Positions 38,601 to 47,124 of a DNA stretch of 64,000 nucleotides are shown one piece after another. Position 1 is the stretch's first letter. Each line of letters opens with the position of its first letter. The stretch spans positions 288,001 to 352,000 of the forward strand of contig OZ241322.1 of assembly GCA_965199715.1 (NCBI GenBank), in the 5' to 3' direction. This DNA is from Vicinamibacteria bacterium. Its GTDB lineage: Bacteria; Acidobacteriota; Vicinamibacteria; Marinacidobacterales; Marinacidobacteraceae. The notes under the pieces were generated by a model. It did no database searches, was not told the DNA's origin, and saw only the letters and a list, made by a program, of their open reading frames with translations. The translations under genes were made by a program, and so were the position numbers.

Positions 38601-39564
38601 GGGCGCGGCGTTCCGCCTCCCGCACCCGGGGCGGCGCGATGAGCGTGTTCGCGACGCCCAGAAGCTGTCCGTCGTAGGCCCGCAGGGCGAAGAAGTACTC
38701 GAGCGCGTCCGGCGAACCCTCGCGGAAGCGCTCACCGCGCAGCTCGAAGAGGCTCGCGAGGGCCGAAGGGTCCTCGGCGCCCCGAAGGAATTGCACCGTC
38801 ATGCCCCGGCGCCCGGCGATCTCCAGCGCCGAGAGCGGCGGGTCGCCGAACACTGGGGGGGGGTCCTCCGAGATCGGGGCCTCGACGGTCACGAGGCCGA
38901 GCCGGTTCCGCAGGCACTCGGCGGCGACGAGCGTGCCCCGGCCGCCCTCCTCGCTGAAGAAGAAGAGCGGAAAGTAGGGCTCGGGGCAGTCCTCGGCGCG
39001 GACTCCCTCGGGGAACATCTCCCCGAGCGCCGCGTCGATGTGGGGATTCCGCCCGGACCACGCCACCGGCTCGAGGCCCCGGTCGTACAGCGTCGCCGTG
39101 GCGGGGCCGATGCCGGCGTCGGGAAGGCGCCAGCCCGACAGCGCGGCGAAGGCCGGCCCATGCGTGTCTCGGGCGTCGGACCCCTCGACCGCGGCTGCGA
39201 TCGCCGGGGTCCGGGCGATCAGGTAGGCCGCGTCCCCGACCTGCCGGGAGAGGTCGGCGAGCCAGGCGTCCACCCGGTCGGCGGCGCGGTTCGCGCCGGT
39301 GGACTCGCCGCGGACCCCGCGCTGAAGCGCGCTCCCGATCCCGAGCGCGGCCAGCGCCGCGAGCAGCAGCGCGGCGGGCGCCGCCCGATCCGTCCGTTGG
39401 TAGCGGACGAGCGCCGCGGCGGCGAGGAGCAGGAGCGCTCCCGACGCCGCGTAGCCTGCCGGCGGAAGCCACGCGAAGCGGCTCTGGACCTCGCCGACGG
39501 CGACGGCGTAGAGCGCGAGCCCCGACGCGAGCAGAACCGAGCCGGAGCGGAAGGGAAGGGCCAC
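35683..39564 (-). CDS. Large multi-TM sensor histidine kinase (HAMP-HisKA-HATPase, NtrY-like)
   Basis: PV.RL...DEL..L HAMP, AHDIKNALAPIQ, NLLQNALEA, DNGPG, FST..GSGLGL. Start approximate. Confidence 0.9.
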   Translation of the reverse strand: MALPFRSGSVLLASGLALYAVAVGEVQSRFAWLPPAGYAASGALLLLAAAALVRYQRTDRAAPAALLLAALAALGIGSALQRGVRGESTGANRAADRVDAWLADLSRQVGDAAYLIARTPAIAAAVEGSDARDTHGPAFAALSGWRLPDAGIGPATATLYDRGLEPVAWSGRNPHIDAALGEMFPEGVRAEDCPEPYFPLFFFSEEGGRGTLVAAECLRNRLGLVTVEAPISEDPPPVFGDPPLSALEIAGRRGMTVQFLRGAEDPSALASLFELRGERFREGSPDALEYFFALRAYDGQLLGVANTLIAPPRVREAERRARAQPLAAFALFAGGAVAGTLLWKSGLFGALAAVGLFLFGGGSLLRALSDAFPGAALFAWGGGASPGLPGIPASPAGALLTALAALAAMRVVQVQGPGGAAAPRKPLRAAAHGALAAGIVVALVLLLREIAATGAFPMTPRWQVGAGSAEIVGWFALMAAVSAAMLGALLALRRGGWASGAGWGAVALAGIGFGPAVGLAAAFAFAGALAVRRTSRGRLWMRQLRAPLGRKEPGLALFLALSLFIGPQLLLLPAMEWFEGASRHAFAATEAPAQIERHRYRVCHAAAEASAELARTAIAAAPPDAAWRLWLATGLPRLNLPSGLAVEGAEGAVSRFSVGFPRQAGAPMGPAAPDGAPGGAFRACAADSGDAFHVDGRLAGGERFRLTVAVRVADVPMASRPGGVADHFLLEDPAAPAIFAGRDLRLAPAAGLLDSDRASSSIPVGDELWRVSWRRTGWQDIAAGALGWLFLAVVFALVPAVAVRIRLLAPGSRRRRLRRSFRMQLTEALGAAVLVAVIGLSVFGERRMEAVLDGTSEAEAAERAGVAERVARASGAFEAGLDPSELELRLARAADQVDADLALYEAGRLAGVSRPALALAGLLPAHPAIPAMAAIGSEPVLDRAEPDSLRYRIAWVRLPGGVRERFLAVPLPRLEAAREAGARALQHTLVLAAGVVALVCAVLLPGFMARRLAAPVRRLARVTHRIADGSVEGPVAEAGDVDELRLLARSVERLTRRIPGVRRRMREEATADLARRAAHDIKNALAPIQFTADYIDRVARDPRGRDVRETALEGSRDILLQVERLRRISSEFSAVGAPLELEEVDLGTLTGETVAPYARASGGIGIRVEAELGLRVRADAGILARIVENLLQNALEAVGDSGREDGEIAVRARRAGSRARIEVEDNGPGVSRELRERVFEAEFSTRTRGSGLGLANTRRFAEAHGGSVRAESRPDGEPGLLIAVLLPLRGPGP

Positions 39565-39591
39565 GGCGATCGGTACAGTATCGGCGGCACC

Positions 39592-40914
39592 TTGCTCCGC
39601 GTCTTCCTCCGCCCGGCCGTTCCGGGGTTCTGGCTCGCCGCGGCGATCGCGGCGGCGCAGCCTCCGCCGACGGAACCGCCGCCCGCCGAGGCCCAACCGG
39701 AGCAGCCGCCCCCGGAGGAAGGGCAGGAGGAGCAGGCGCCGCAACCGCCCCCCGCCGAAGCCAAGCCGGAAGAAGCCGCGTCGGAAGAAGCCGAGTCCGG
39801 GCCGGCTCCGGAGCCTCCGCCGACCCCGACCGCCGGGATCCTGCCCGCGAACGAGCTCGCCGCGCCGTCGCCCGGTTTCCGGGATCCGATCGTCCAGGTC
39901 GCGCGGCACGGCGACGGCCTCGTCGTCCGCACCCGGACGGGGCGGGTCGTCGTCTACGCCCCGGACGCCGTTTCGGCCCGCTGGGCTCCCAGCGGGGACG
40001 CGACCCGGTTCATCGGCGTCCGGGACGACTCGCTGTTCCTGCTCGGCGACGAGGGGCGGCTCCAGTTCCGCAACCTGCGCGACGGAAGCGAGGTCGCGGC
40101 CCGGACGCTCGCGCCGCCGCCGCCCGCCGGGATCGTCGGTTCGGCGGGCGGATTCCTGCTCGCCGGCGGCGAAGGCGCGCTCTTCGGCTACGCGCCCGAG
40201 ACCGGCGAGCGCCGGTTCGAAATCCCGCTCCCGGGAGGAGCGGCGCGGACCATGACCGCGCGATCAGGCCTCCTCGCCGTCGCGCTCGACGGCGGCGCGG
40301 TGCTGCTCGCCGAGCGGCACGGCTCCGCGCTTCGCGAGCGCTGGCGGCGGGAAGGGGTCGGCACGGTCGAGACGAGCCTCCTGCTGCTCCCTGAGCGGGG
40401 TCTCCTCGTCGTCGGCACGATGGAGGGCGACCTTCTCGCGCTGCGCCTCGACGACGGCTGCGAGGCGTGGTCGTGGGCCCTCCAGGAAGCGTTCCGGCAC
40501 GCCCCGGGCGTCGGCGAGCGCTTCCTCTTCGCCGCGTCGGGGGCGAACACTCTCTACGCCTTCGACGTCGGGGGCGGGTCCGAGCGGTGGCGCGCGGCGC
40601 TGCCGGGCCGGCCGGCGGCCAGCCCGCTGACCATGGGCAATCGCCTCCTCGTCGCCACCCGCGACGGGCTGGCGCTGGAGTTCGACCCCCGCACCGGCCA
40701 CGCGGCGGGCGGCTACCAGGACGTGGGGGCCGAGATCGTCGGGGTCGTCGCGGGCGTGGACGACTCCGACTGGAGGGCGCGGCGCCTGTATCTGGGCCTT
40801 CGCGACGGGCGCTTTCTCGTCCTCGCGCCGCGCGGCGCGTCGCGGGCGGAGGAGCCGGAACCGCCGGATAGACTCCCGCCCGTCATGGAATCCGACCCGC
40901 TGCGCGCCCGGTGA
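39592..40914 (+). CDS. Secreted PQQ-like beta-propeller protein (BamB-like) with Pro/Glu-rich N-linker
   Basis: Signal-like N-terminus, low-complexity QPPP/EE segment, repeated L.A....G...W blades. Confidence 0.72.
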   Translation: MLRVFLRPAVPGFWLAAAIAAAQPPPTEPPPAEAQPEQPPPEEGQEEQAPQPPPAEAKPEEAASEEAESGPAPEPPPTPTAGILPANELAAPSPGFRDPIVQVARHGDGLVVRTRTGRVVVYAPDAVSARWAPSGDATRFIGVRDDSLFLLGDEGRLQFRNLRDGSEVAARTLAPPPPAGIVGSAGGFLLAGGEGALFGYAPETGERRFEIPLPGGAARTMTARSGLLAVALDGGAVLLAERHGSALRERWRREGVGTVETSLLLLPERGLLVVGTMEGDLLALRLDDGCEAWSWALQEAFRHAPGVGERFLFAASGANTLYAFDVGGGSERWRAALPGRPAASPLTMGNRLLVATRDGLALEFDPRTGHAAGGYQDVGAEIVGVVAGVDDSDWRARRLYLGLRDGRFLVLAPRGASRAEEPEPPDRLPPVMESDPLRAR

Positions 40915-40928
40915 CGCCCGGCGGATCC

Positions 40929-42470
40929 ATGAGTCCTGAGATCCTCGTCCTCGATTTCGGCTCCCAGTACACCCAGCTCATCGCCCGGCGATTCCGGGAG
41001 CTCGGCGTGTACGCGGAGATCCTTCCGTGCACCGTGGGGACCGACGAGATCCTCGACCGGAAGCCGAAGGGGATCGTGCTCTCGGGAGGGCCCGAGAGCG
41101 TGTTCGCGCCCGGCGCCCCCGCGATGCCGCCGGGACTGCTCCCGGCGCCGGTCCCGGTGCTCGGCGTCTGCTACGGCATGCAGCTTCTGGCGAGCGGCGC
41201 CGGAGGCGACGTGCGTCCGGCCGGCCGGCGGTCCTACGGGCCGGCGCATTTCGTCCGCGACCCGGCGCGGGGCGGGCGGCTTTTGGAAGGGGTGCCCGAG
41301 GAAATCCGCGCCTGGGCGAGCCATGGGGACAACGTGGAGTCGCTTCCGCCCGGCTTCGAAGCGCTGGGACGAACGGACGGCGCCCCGATCGCGGCGTTCG
41401 CGCACGAGGGCCGCGGCCTCTACGCGCTCCAATTCCATCCCGAGGTCGCCCACACCGAGCACGGCGCGCGCATCCTGCGGAACTTCGCCGAAGCGATCTG
41501 CGGAGCCGCCGCCGACTGGAGCCCGGCGGCCTTCGGGGAGCGTGCCGTCGCCCGGATCCGCGAGCAGGCCGGCGGCGGCCAGGTGGTCTGCGGCGCGTCG
41601 GGCGGCGTGGACAGCACCGTGACCGCCGTCCTCGCCCACCGCGCCATCGGAGAGCGGCTCCACTGCGTGTTCGTGGACAACGGCCTCCTGCGGAAGGACG
41701 AGGTGGAGACGGTCCGCCGGTCGTTCGAGGACGGCCTCGGGATCCCGCTGCGGGTCGTGGACGCCCGCGACCGCTTCCTCTCGCGCCTAAAAGGCGTGAC
41801 CGACCCGGAGCGCAAGCGCAAGATCATCGGCGAGGAGTTCATCCGGGTCTTCGAGGACGCGACCGCGGACATTCCCGACCTGCGCCATCTCGCCCAAGGG
41901 ACGCTCTATCCCGACGTGATCGAGAGCGTCTCGGTGCGCGGACCGTCGGCGGTCATCAAGAGCCACCACAACGTGGGCGGGCTGCCCGAGACGATGCGCC
42001 TCGGCCTCATCGAGCCGCTGCGGGAACTCTTCAAGGACGAGGTGCGCGAGCTGGGTCGTGACCTCGGCGTTCCCGCCGCGCTCCTCGACCGCCACCCGTT
42101 CCCGGGGCCCGGACTCGCGGTCCGGATGCTCGGCGAGGTGGAGCCCGGGGGACTCGAGGTGCTGCGCGCGGCGGACGCGGTGGTCCGCGAGGAAATCCGC
42201 GCCGACGGGCTGCGCGACCGGATCTGGCAGGCGTTCGCGGTCCTCCTCCCGCTTCGGGCCGTGGGGGTGATGGGCGACGACCGGACCTACGAGCGGGTGG
42301 TGGCGGTGCGCGCCGTAGAGAGCCGCGACGGGATGACCGCGGATTGGGCCCCGATTCCGGTGGAGACGCTCCGGCGCATCTCCAGCCGGATCACCGGCGA
42401 GGTGCGGGGCGTGAACCGGGTCGTGTACGACGTGACCTCGAAGCCGCCGGGAACGATCGAGTGGGAATGA
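40929..42470 (+). CDS. guaA: GMP synthase (glutamine-hydrolysing)
   Basis: DFGSQYTQLIARR, GVCYGMQ, QFHPEV, SGGVDS, IKSHHNVGGLP, KPPGTIEWE. Confidence 0.98.
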   Translation: MSPEILVLDFGSQYTQLIARRFRELGVYAEILPCTVGTDEILDRKPKGIVLSGGPESVFAPGAPAMPPGLLPAPVPVLGVCYGMQLLASGAGGDVRPAGRRSYGPAHFVRDPARGGRLLEGVPEEIRAWASHGDNVESLPPGFEALGRTDGAPIAAFAHEGRGLYALQFHPEVAHTEHGARILRNFAEAICGAAADWSPAAFGERAVARIREQAGGGQVVCGASGGVDSTVTAVLAHRAIGERLHCVFVDNGLLRKDEVETVRRSFEDGLGIPLRVVDARDRFLSRLKGVTDPERKRKIIGEEFIRVFEDATADIPDLRHLAQGTLYPDVIESVSVRGPSAVIKSHHNVGGLPETMRLGLIEPLRELFKDEVRELGRDLGVPAALLDRHPFPGPGLAVRMLGEVEPGGLEVLRAADAVVREEIRADGLRDRIWQAFAVLLPLRAVGVMGDDRTYERVVAVRAVESRDGMTADWAPIPVETLRRISSRITGEVRGVNRVVYDVTSKPPGTIEWE

Positions 42471-42480
42471 GGCGCTGAGC

Positions 42481-45400
42481 GTGGCCGACCCCTTCGTCCA
42501 CCTCCACACCCACACCGAGTACTCGATCCTCGACGGCATGAGCCGGATCGGGGAGATCGCCCGGATCGCGGCCGACGACGGGATGCCGGCGATCGCGATC
42601 ACCGACCACGGCAACCTCTTCGCCGCCCTCAAGTTCCACAAGGCCGCCCGCGCCGCCGGCGTGCGCCCGATCCTCGGCTGCGAGGCCTACGTGGCGCCGG
42701 GCCGCATGGAGGACCGGAACCCGGACTCGGAGAACGAGCACCTCGTGCTGCTGGCGAAGAACCGGACCGGCTTCGAGAACCTCATGCGGCTCACCTCGGT
42801 CGCCTTCCACGAGGGCTTCTACTACAAGCCCCGCATGGACTTCGCGCTGCTGGAGAAGCACCATGAGGGACTCATCGCGCTGTCCGCGTGCCCAAAGGGG
42901 GCCGTCCCGAAAAGCGTGCTCGGACTCGGCGATCCGGTGGAGGTCGCCGGGCGCTATCAGGAGGTCTTCGGGAAGGGCAACTACTTCCTCGAGGTGATGG
43001 ACCACGGCTCCGACAGCTGCGAGCCCGAGCTCGGACGGATCGAGCGGGCGATCTCCGACGGGGTGCTGGAGGTCCACAGCAAGACCGGGATTCCGCTGGT
43101 GGGCACGAACGACTCCCACTACGCCGAGCCGGGCGACGTCGAGGCGCACGACCTGCGCATGTGCATCAGCACCGGCGAGACCATCTCCAGTCGAAAACGG
43201 CTCCGCTTCGGCTCCGACCAGTTCTGGTTCAAGACGTCGGCCATGATGCGCGAGGTCTTCCGGGACGTCCCCGAGGCCGCGGCGAACACGCTCCGGATCG
43301 CCGAGAGCGTCGAGGACTACGACGTCGCGACCGGGGAGAGCCGCCTTCCCGACTACGCGGCGCCGGGCGGCAAGAGCCTCCACGAACACATCGAGGACTC
43401 GGTCCGAAGCGGCCTCGACGCGCGGCTCGCGTCGCCGGAGCGCCACGGCAAGCGCCCGCCGCGCGGCGACTACGAGGACCGGCTGGTCCTCGAGCTGGGG
43501 GTCATCCGCAAGACCGGGTACGCCGCCTATTTCCTTATCGTCCAGGACTTCGTCAAGTTCGCGCGGACGAAGCGCATTCCGGTGGGGCCGGGCCGTGGAT
43601 CGGCGGCGGGGAGCCTCGTGGCCTACTGCCTCGGGATCACCGACATCGACCCGCTGGCGCACGGGCTGCTCTTCGAGCGCTTCCTGAATCCGGCGCGGAT
43701 CAGCCCTCCCGACATCGACGTGGACTTCTGCGAGCTGCGCCGCGAGGAGGTCCTCGACTACGTCGTCGAGCGCTACGGCAAGGATCGGGTGGCCCAGATC
43801 CTCACGTTCGGCACGCTCGGAGCGAAGTCGTCGCTGCGGGACGTGGCGCGGGGACTGGAGGTGCCGCTCGCGCAGGTGGACCGGCTCGCCAGGATGGTTC
43901 CCGACTTCGTCGATCTGGACACGGCGGTGCGCGAGGTGCCGGCGCTCGCCCAGGAGGCGACCAAGCCGGAATTCCGGAAGTTGTTCCGGCTCGCGCGCCG
44001 GCTCGAGGGGTTGCCCCGCAACGAGGGGACCCACGCCGCCGCGGTCGTCATCGCGCCCGCGCCGCTCGAGGAGATCGTGCCGCTCGGCAAGGACGCCGAG
44101 CGCGGGAAGCGCGTCAGCGACACGGTGCGCCGCAAGACGCAGTTCGACATGCACGACTGCGAGGCCGTGGGGCTGTTCAAGATGGACTTCCTCGGCCTCC
44201 GGGCGCTGACCCACATCCAGGACTGCGCCGACCGCATCCTCGCCGACCCGGATCTGGACCTCTCGCCCGAGATTCGGCGGGCGGTGGAGGACGTCGTCGC
44301 CGGCCGATTCGAGAAGGTCCCCCCCGACGAGGCCACCTTCGAGCTGTTCGGGCGGGCCGACACCGACGGGATCTTCCAGTTCGAGAGCTCGGGGATGCGC
44401 GAGCTGCTTCAGAGCTACCGGCCGGAGAATCTCGACGACCTCGCCGCGATGAACGCGCTGTTCCGGCCCGGCCCGCTGAACTCGGGGAACACCGAAGCCT
44501 TCGTGACCGCCAAGCGCAGCGGGAAGCTCTCCACCGCGCTCGACGCCCGCGTCCGGGAGCTCTTTCCGGAGACCCGCGGCCTGATCGTGTACCAGGAGCA
44601 GGTGATGCTGGCGGCCCGCGAGATCGCCGGCTACGAGCTGGGCGAGGCCGACATCCTGCGCAAGGCGATGGGGAAGAAGAAGCCCGAGGTGATGGAGCAG
44701 CAGAAGCAGCGCTTCGTCGCCGGCGCGGTCGAGCGGGGGCTCTCGGAGCAGGCGGCGGTCCAGACCTTCGATCAGATCGACAAGTTCGCCGGGTACGGGT
44801 TCAACCGCGCCCACGCGGTCGGCTACGCGCTCGTGGCCTACGTCGCCGCATGGCTGCGCACTCACTTCGCGCCCCACTTCTTCGCCGCGCTGTTCACTTC
44901 CGAGGCGCGGTCGTCGGACAAGGACGTCCGGCTCGCCCGGTTCCGGCGGCGGGCCGAGGAGATCGGCGTGGCGGTGCTGCCGCCCGACGTCCAGGCGAGC
45001 GACGCCGGCGCGCGGGTGGAGGGCGAGGCGGTGCGCTACGGGCTCGGGGCGCTCAAGAACGTGGGGCAGGCGGCGGCCGAGGCGATCGTCCGGGCGCGCG
45101 GGAACCAGCCGTTCGACTCGCTCAGCGACCTCGTCTCCCGCACCGAGGCGGGCGCGCTCAGCCGGGGCGCGCTGGAGGCGCTCGCGAGCGCCGGCGCGCT
45201 CGACTTCGTTGGCGTGCCGCGGGCGCGGATCGCGGCCGGCGCCGGCGAGATCCACGACCGCGCCCGGCGCCGTCGGGATCAGGAAAGGGCCGGCGTCCAG
45301 GCGCTGCTCGGAGCCGTCCGGCAGGCCGACCTCTGGCCCGACTGCCCCGACTGGACCGAAATGGAGCGCCTCCGGCACGAGCACGCCGCGTTCGGGTTCT

Positions 45401-46086
45401 ACTGGGAGGGCCATCCGGCCCCCGAGTACCGGCGCGCGCTCCGCCGCCACGTGGACGGGCCGATCGGCGCCCTCGATCCGCGCTCCGGACCGGCGGCGCG
45501 GTTCGCGGGGGTCGTGCGGGGGCTCAAGTCGCGCAAGACCCAGCAGGCGCGGCGCATGGCCAACTTCAACCTCGAGGACGAGACCGGCGTCCTTCCGGTG
45601 GTGGTCTTCCCGGACGCCTGGGAGAACTGCCCCGAACTGGCGGAGGGCGCGGCGGCGTTCGTCGAGGGCCAGCTCGGCGTGAACCGCCGCGACCCCGAGC
45701 AGCCCGAACTGCGGGCCGATTCGATCCGTATCGCCGAGGAGGCGCCGCTCGCGCTCGCGAGGAAGGTCACCCTCGTGGTGCGCGATCCCAGGGCGCTGCG
45801 GGCCGGCCTCGAGGGGCTCCTGCGCGAGCACGGCGGGCGGACCGCGCTGGCGCTCGAGATCCACGACGGGGAGCGGACCTTCCTGCTGCGCACTACGAGC
45901 CCGGTCCGCCCGACCCGCGCCTTCGCGACCGCGGCCGCCTCGCTTCTCGGCGCGGACGCGGTCCGGATTGACGGCGAGCCGCTGCCGCGCCTGTGCCTGC
46001 TCGTTTCGGACGGCGAGGCGTCCCAGGCGGCGCGCTCGGCCTCCGCCCCCGCCCAGCCGGAACTGCTCGCCGGACCCCCTTCCTGA
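42481..46086 (+). CDS. dnaE: DNA polymerase III alpha subunit
   Basis: PHP HLHTHTEYS.LDG, GRGSAAGS, PDIDVD, KMDFLGL, GYGFNRAH, OB-fold. Confidence 0.97.
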   Translation: MADPFVHLHTHTEYSILDGMSRIGEIARIAADDGMPAIAITDHGNLFAALKFHKAARAAGVRPILGCEAYVAPGRMEDRNPDSENEHLVLLAKNRTGFENLMRLTSVAFHEGFYYKPRMDFALLEKHHEGLIALSACPKGAVPKSVLGLGDPVEVAGRYQEVFGKGNYFLEVMDHGSDSCEPELGRIERAISDGVLEVHSKTGIPLVGTNDSHYAEPGDVEAHDLRMCISTGETISSRKRLRFGSDQFWFKTSAMMREVFRDVPEAAANTLRIAESVEDYDVATGESRLPDYAAPGGKSLHEHIEDSVRSGLDARLASPERHGKRPPRGDYEDRLVLELGVIRKTGYAAYFLIVQDFVKFARTKRIPVGPGRGSAAGSLVAYCLGITDIDPLAHGLLFERFLNPARISPPDIDVDFCELRREEVLDYVVERYGKDRVAQILTFGTLGAKSSLRDVARGLEVPLAQVDRLARMVPDFVDLDTAVREVPALAQEATKPEFRKLFRLARRLEGLPRNEGTHAAAVVIAPAPLEEIVPLGKDAERGKRVSDTVRRKTQFDMHDCEAVGLFKMDFLGLRALTHIQDCADRILADPDLDLSPEIRRAVEDVVAGRFEKVPPDEATFELFGRADTDGIFQFESSGMRELLQSYRPENLDDLAAMNALFRPGPLNSGNTEAFVTAKRSGKLSTALDARVRELFPETRGLIVYQEQVMLAAREIAGYELGEADILRKAMGKKKPEVMEQQKQRFVAGAVERGLSEQAAVQTFDQIDKFAGYGFNRAHAVGYALVAYVAAWLRTHFAPHFFAALFTSEARSSDKDVRLARFRRRAEEIGVAVLPPDVQASDAGARVEGEAVRYGLGALKNVGQAAAEAIVRARGNQPFDSLSDLVSRTEAGALSRGALEALASAGALDFVGVPRARIAAGAGEIHDRARRRRDQERAGVQALLGAVRQADLWPDCPDWTEMERLRHEHAAFGFYWEGHPAPEYRRALRRHVDGPIGALDPRSGPAARFAGVVRGLKSRKTQQARRMANFNLEDETGVLPVVVFPDAWENCPELAEGAAAFVEGQLGVNRRDPEQPELRADSIRIAEEAPLALARKVTLVVRDPRALRAGLEGLLREHGGRTALALEIHDGERTFLLRTTSPVRPTRAFATAAASLLGADAVRIDGEPLPRLCLLVSDGEASQAARSASAPAQPELLAGPPS

Positions 46087-46088
46087 GC

Positions 46089-46105
46089 GAGGCACGCCAT
46101 TTGCT
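46089..46105 (+). promoter_or_regulatory. Putative sigma54 -24/-12 site
   Basis: GA-GGCACG-CCAT-TTGCT versus consensus YTGGCACG-N4-TTGCW, in the dnaE-accA gap. Confidence 0.55.
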
Positions 46106-46140
46106 TGGCGGCGGGCCGAGCCTCGCTAGACTCCGTAAAC

Positions 46141-47124
46141 GTGCAGACCGCCTTCCTCGATTTCGAGACCGAGATCCAGCGCCTCGTCCAGCGCATCGAC
46201 GCGCTCACCGGTCTCCCCGAGCGCCGCGCCGCCGAGATCGCCGCGCTCCAGAAGGCACTGCTGCGCAGCCGCCGGCGGATCTACGCCGACCTGACCCCGT
46301 GGCAGCGGGTGCAGGTGGCCCGGCACCCGGAGCGCCCCTACGTTCTCGACTACGTCCGGCGCATCTTCACCGGGTTCACCGAGATGCACGGCGACCGCCG
46401 CTTCGCCGACGACCCCGCCGTCGTGGGCGGCGCGGCGTGGCTGCATGGCCGGCCGGTCATGGTCATCGGACAGCAGAAGGGGCGGGACATTCCCGAGCGG
46501 CTGCATCGCAACTACGGCATGGCGCGGCCCGAGGGGTACCGCAAGGCGCTGCGGCTGATGCAGCTCGCCGAGAAGTTCGACCGGCCGGTCGTGACGCTCG
46601 TGGACACGCCGGGCGCGTATCCCGGGATCGAGGCCGAGGAGCGCGGCCAAGCCGAGGCGATCGCGGTCAACCTGCGCGAGATGGCGCGGCTCAGCGTCCC
46701 GATCGTCGTGGCGATCATCGGGGAAGGGGGGAGCGGCGGGGCGCTCGGGATCGCGGTCGGGGACCGTATCCTGATGCTGGAGAACGCGATCTACTCGGTC
46801 ATCTCGCCCGAGGGATGCGCCGCGATCCTGTGGAAGAACCCCGAGAGCGCCCAGGCGGCGGTGGTCGAAGCCGCCGAACGAATGCGGATCACCGCCCCCG
46901 AGCACCTGCACAACGGCCTCGTCGATGAGATCGTGCCCGAGCCTCCCGGAGGAGCCCACGCCGACCACGACCGCGCCGCCGAGATCCTCGGCGAGCGGCT
47001 CCTCGAGGCGCTGCGCGGGGTCGAGTCGCTGTCGCCGGCGGAGCGGCGCCGCGCCCGATACCGCAAGTTCCGGGAGATGGGGAGTTTCGGATTCGGGCCC
47101 GCCGTTCCGGAGGACCCTGCGTGA
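46141..47124 (+). CDS. accA: Acetyl-CoA carboxylase carboxyltransferase alpha
   Basis: FLDFE, ARHPERP, HGDRRFADD, PEGYRKA, DTPGAYPG, GEGGSGGA, ISPEGCA. Confidence 0.97.
   Translation: MQTAFLDFETEIQRLVQRIDALTGLPERRAAEIAALQKALLRSRRRIYADLTPWQRVQVARHPERPYVLDYVRRIFTGFTEMHGDRRFADDPAVVGGAAWLHGRPVMVIGQQKGRDIPERLHRNYGMARPEGYRKALRLMQLAEKFDRPVVTLVDTPGAYPGIEAEERGQAEAIAVNLREMARLSVPIVVAIIGEGGSGGALGIAVGDRILMLENAIYSVISPEGCAAILWKNPESAQAAVVEAAERMRITAPEHLHNGLVDEIVPEPPGGAHADHDRAAEILGERLLEALRGVESLSPAERRRARYRKFREMGSFGFGPAVPEDPA

Noticed and set aside
39583-39595. GGCAC-C-TTGC as a sigma54 promoter
   Set aside because: Spacing does not fit GG-N10-GC.
42481-46086. Intein or split dnaE
   Set aside because: Normal length, with no intein termini or LAGLIDADG motifs seen.
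42391-46095. 1234-aa ORF antisense to dnaE; similarly 57233..61135 antisense to dnaE2
   Set aside because: Codon-aligned antisense frames typical of high-GC genes; no recognisable domains.
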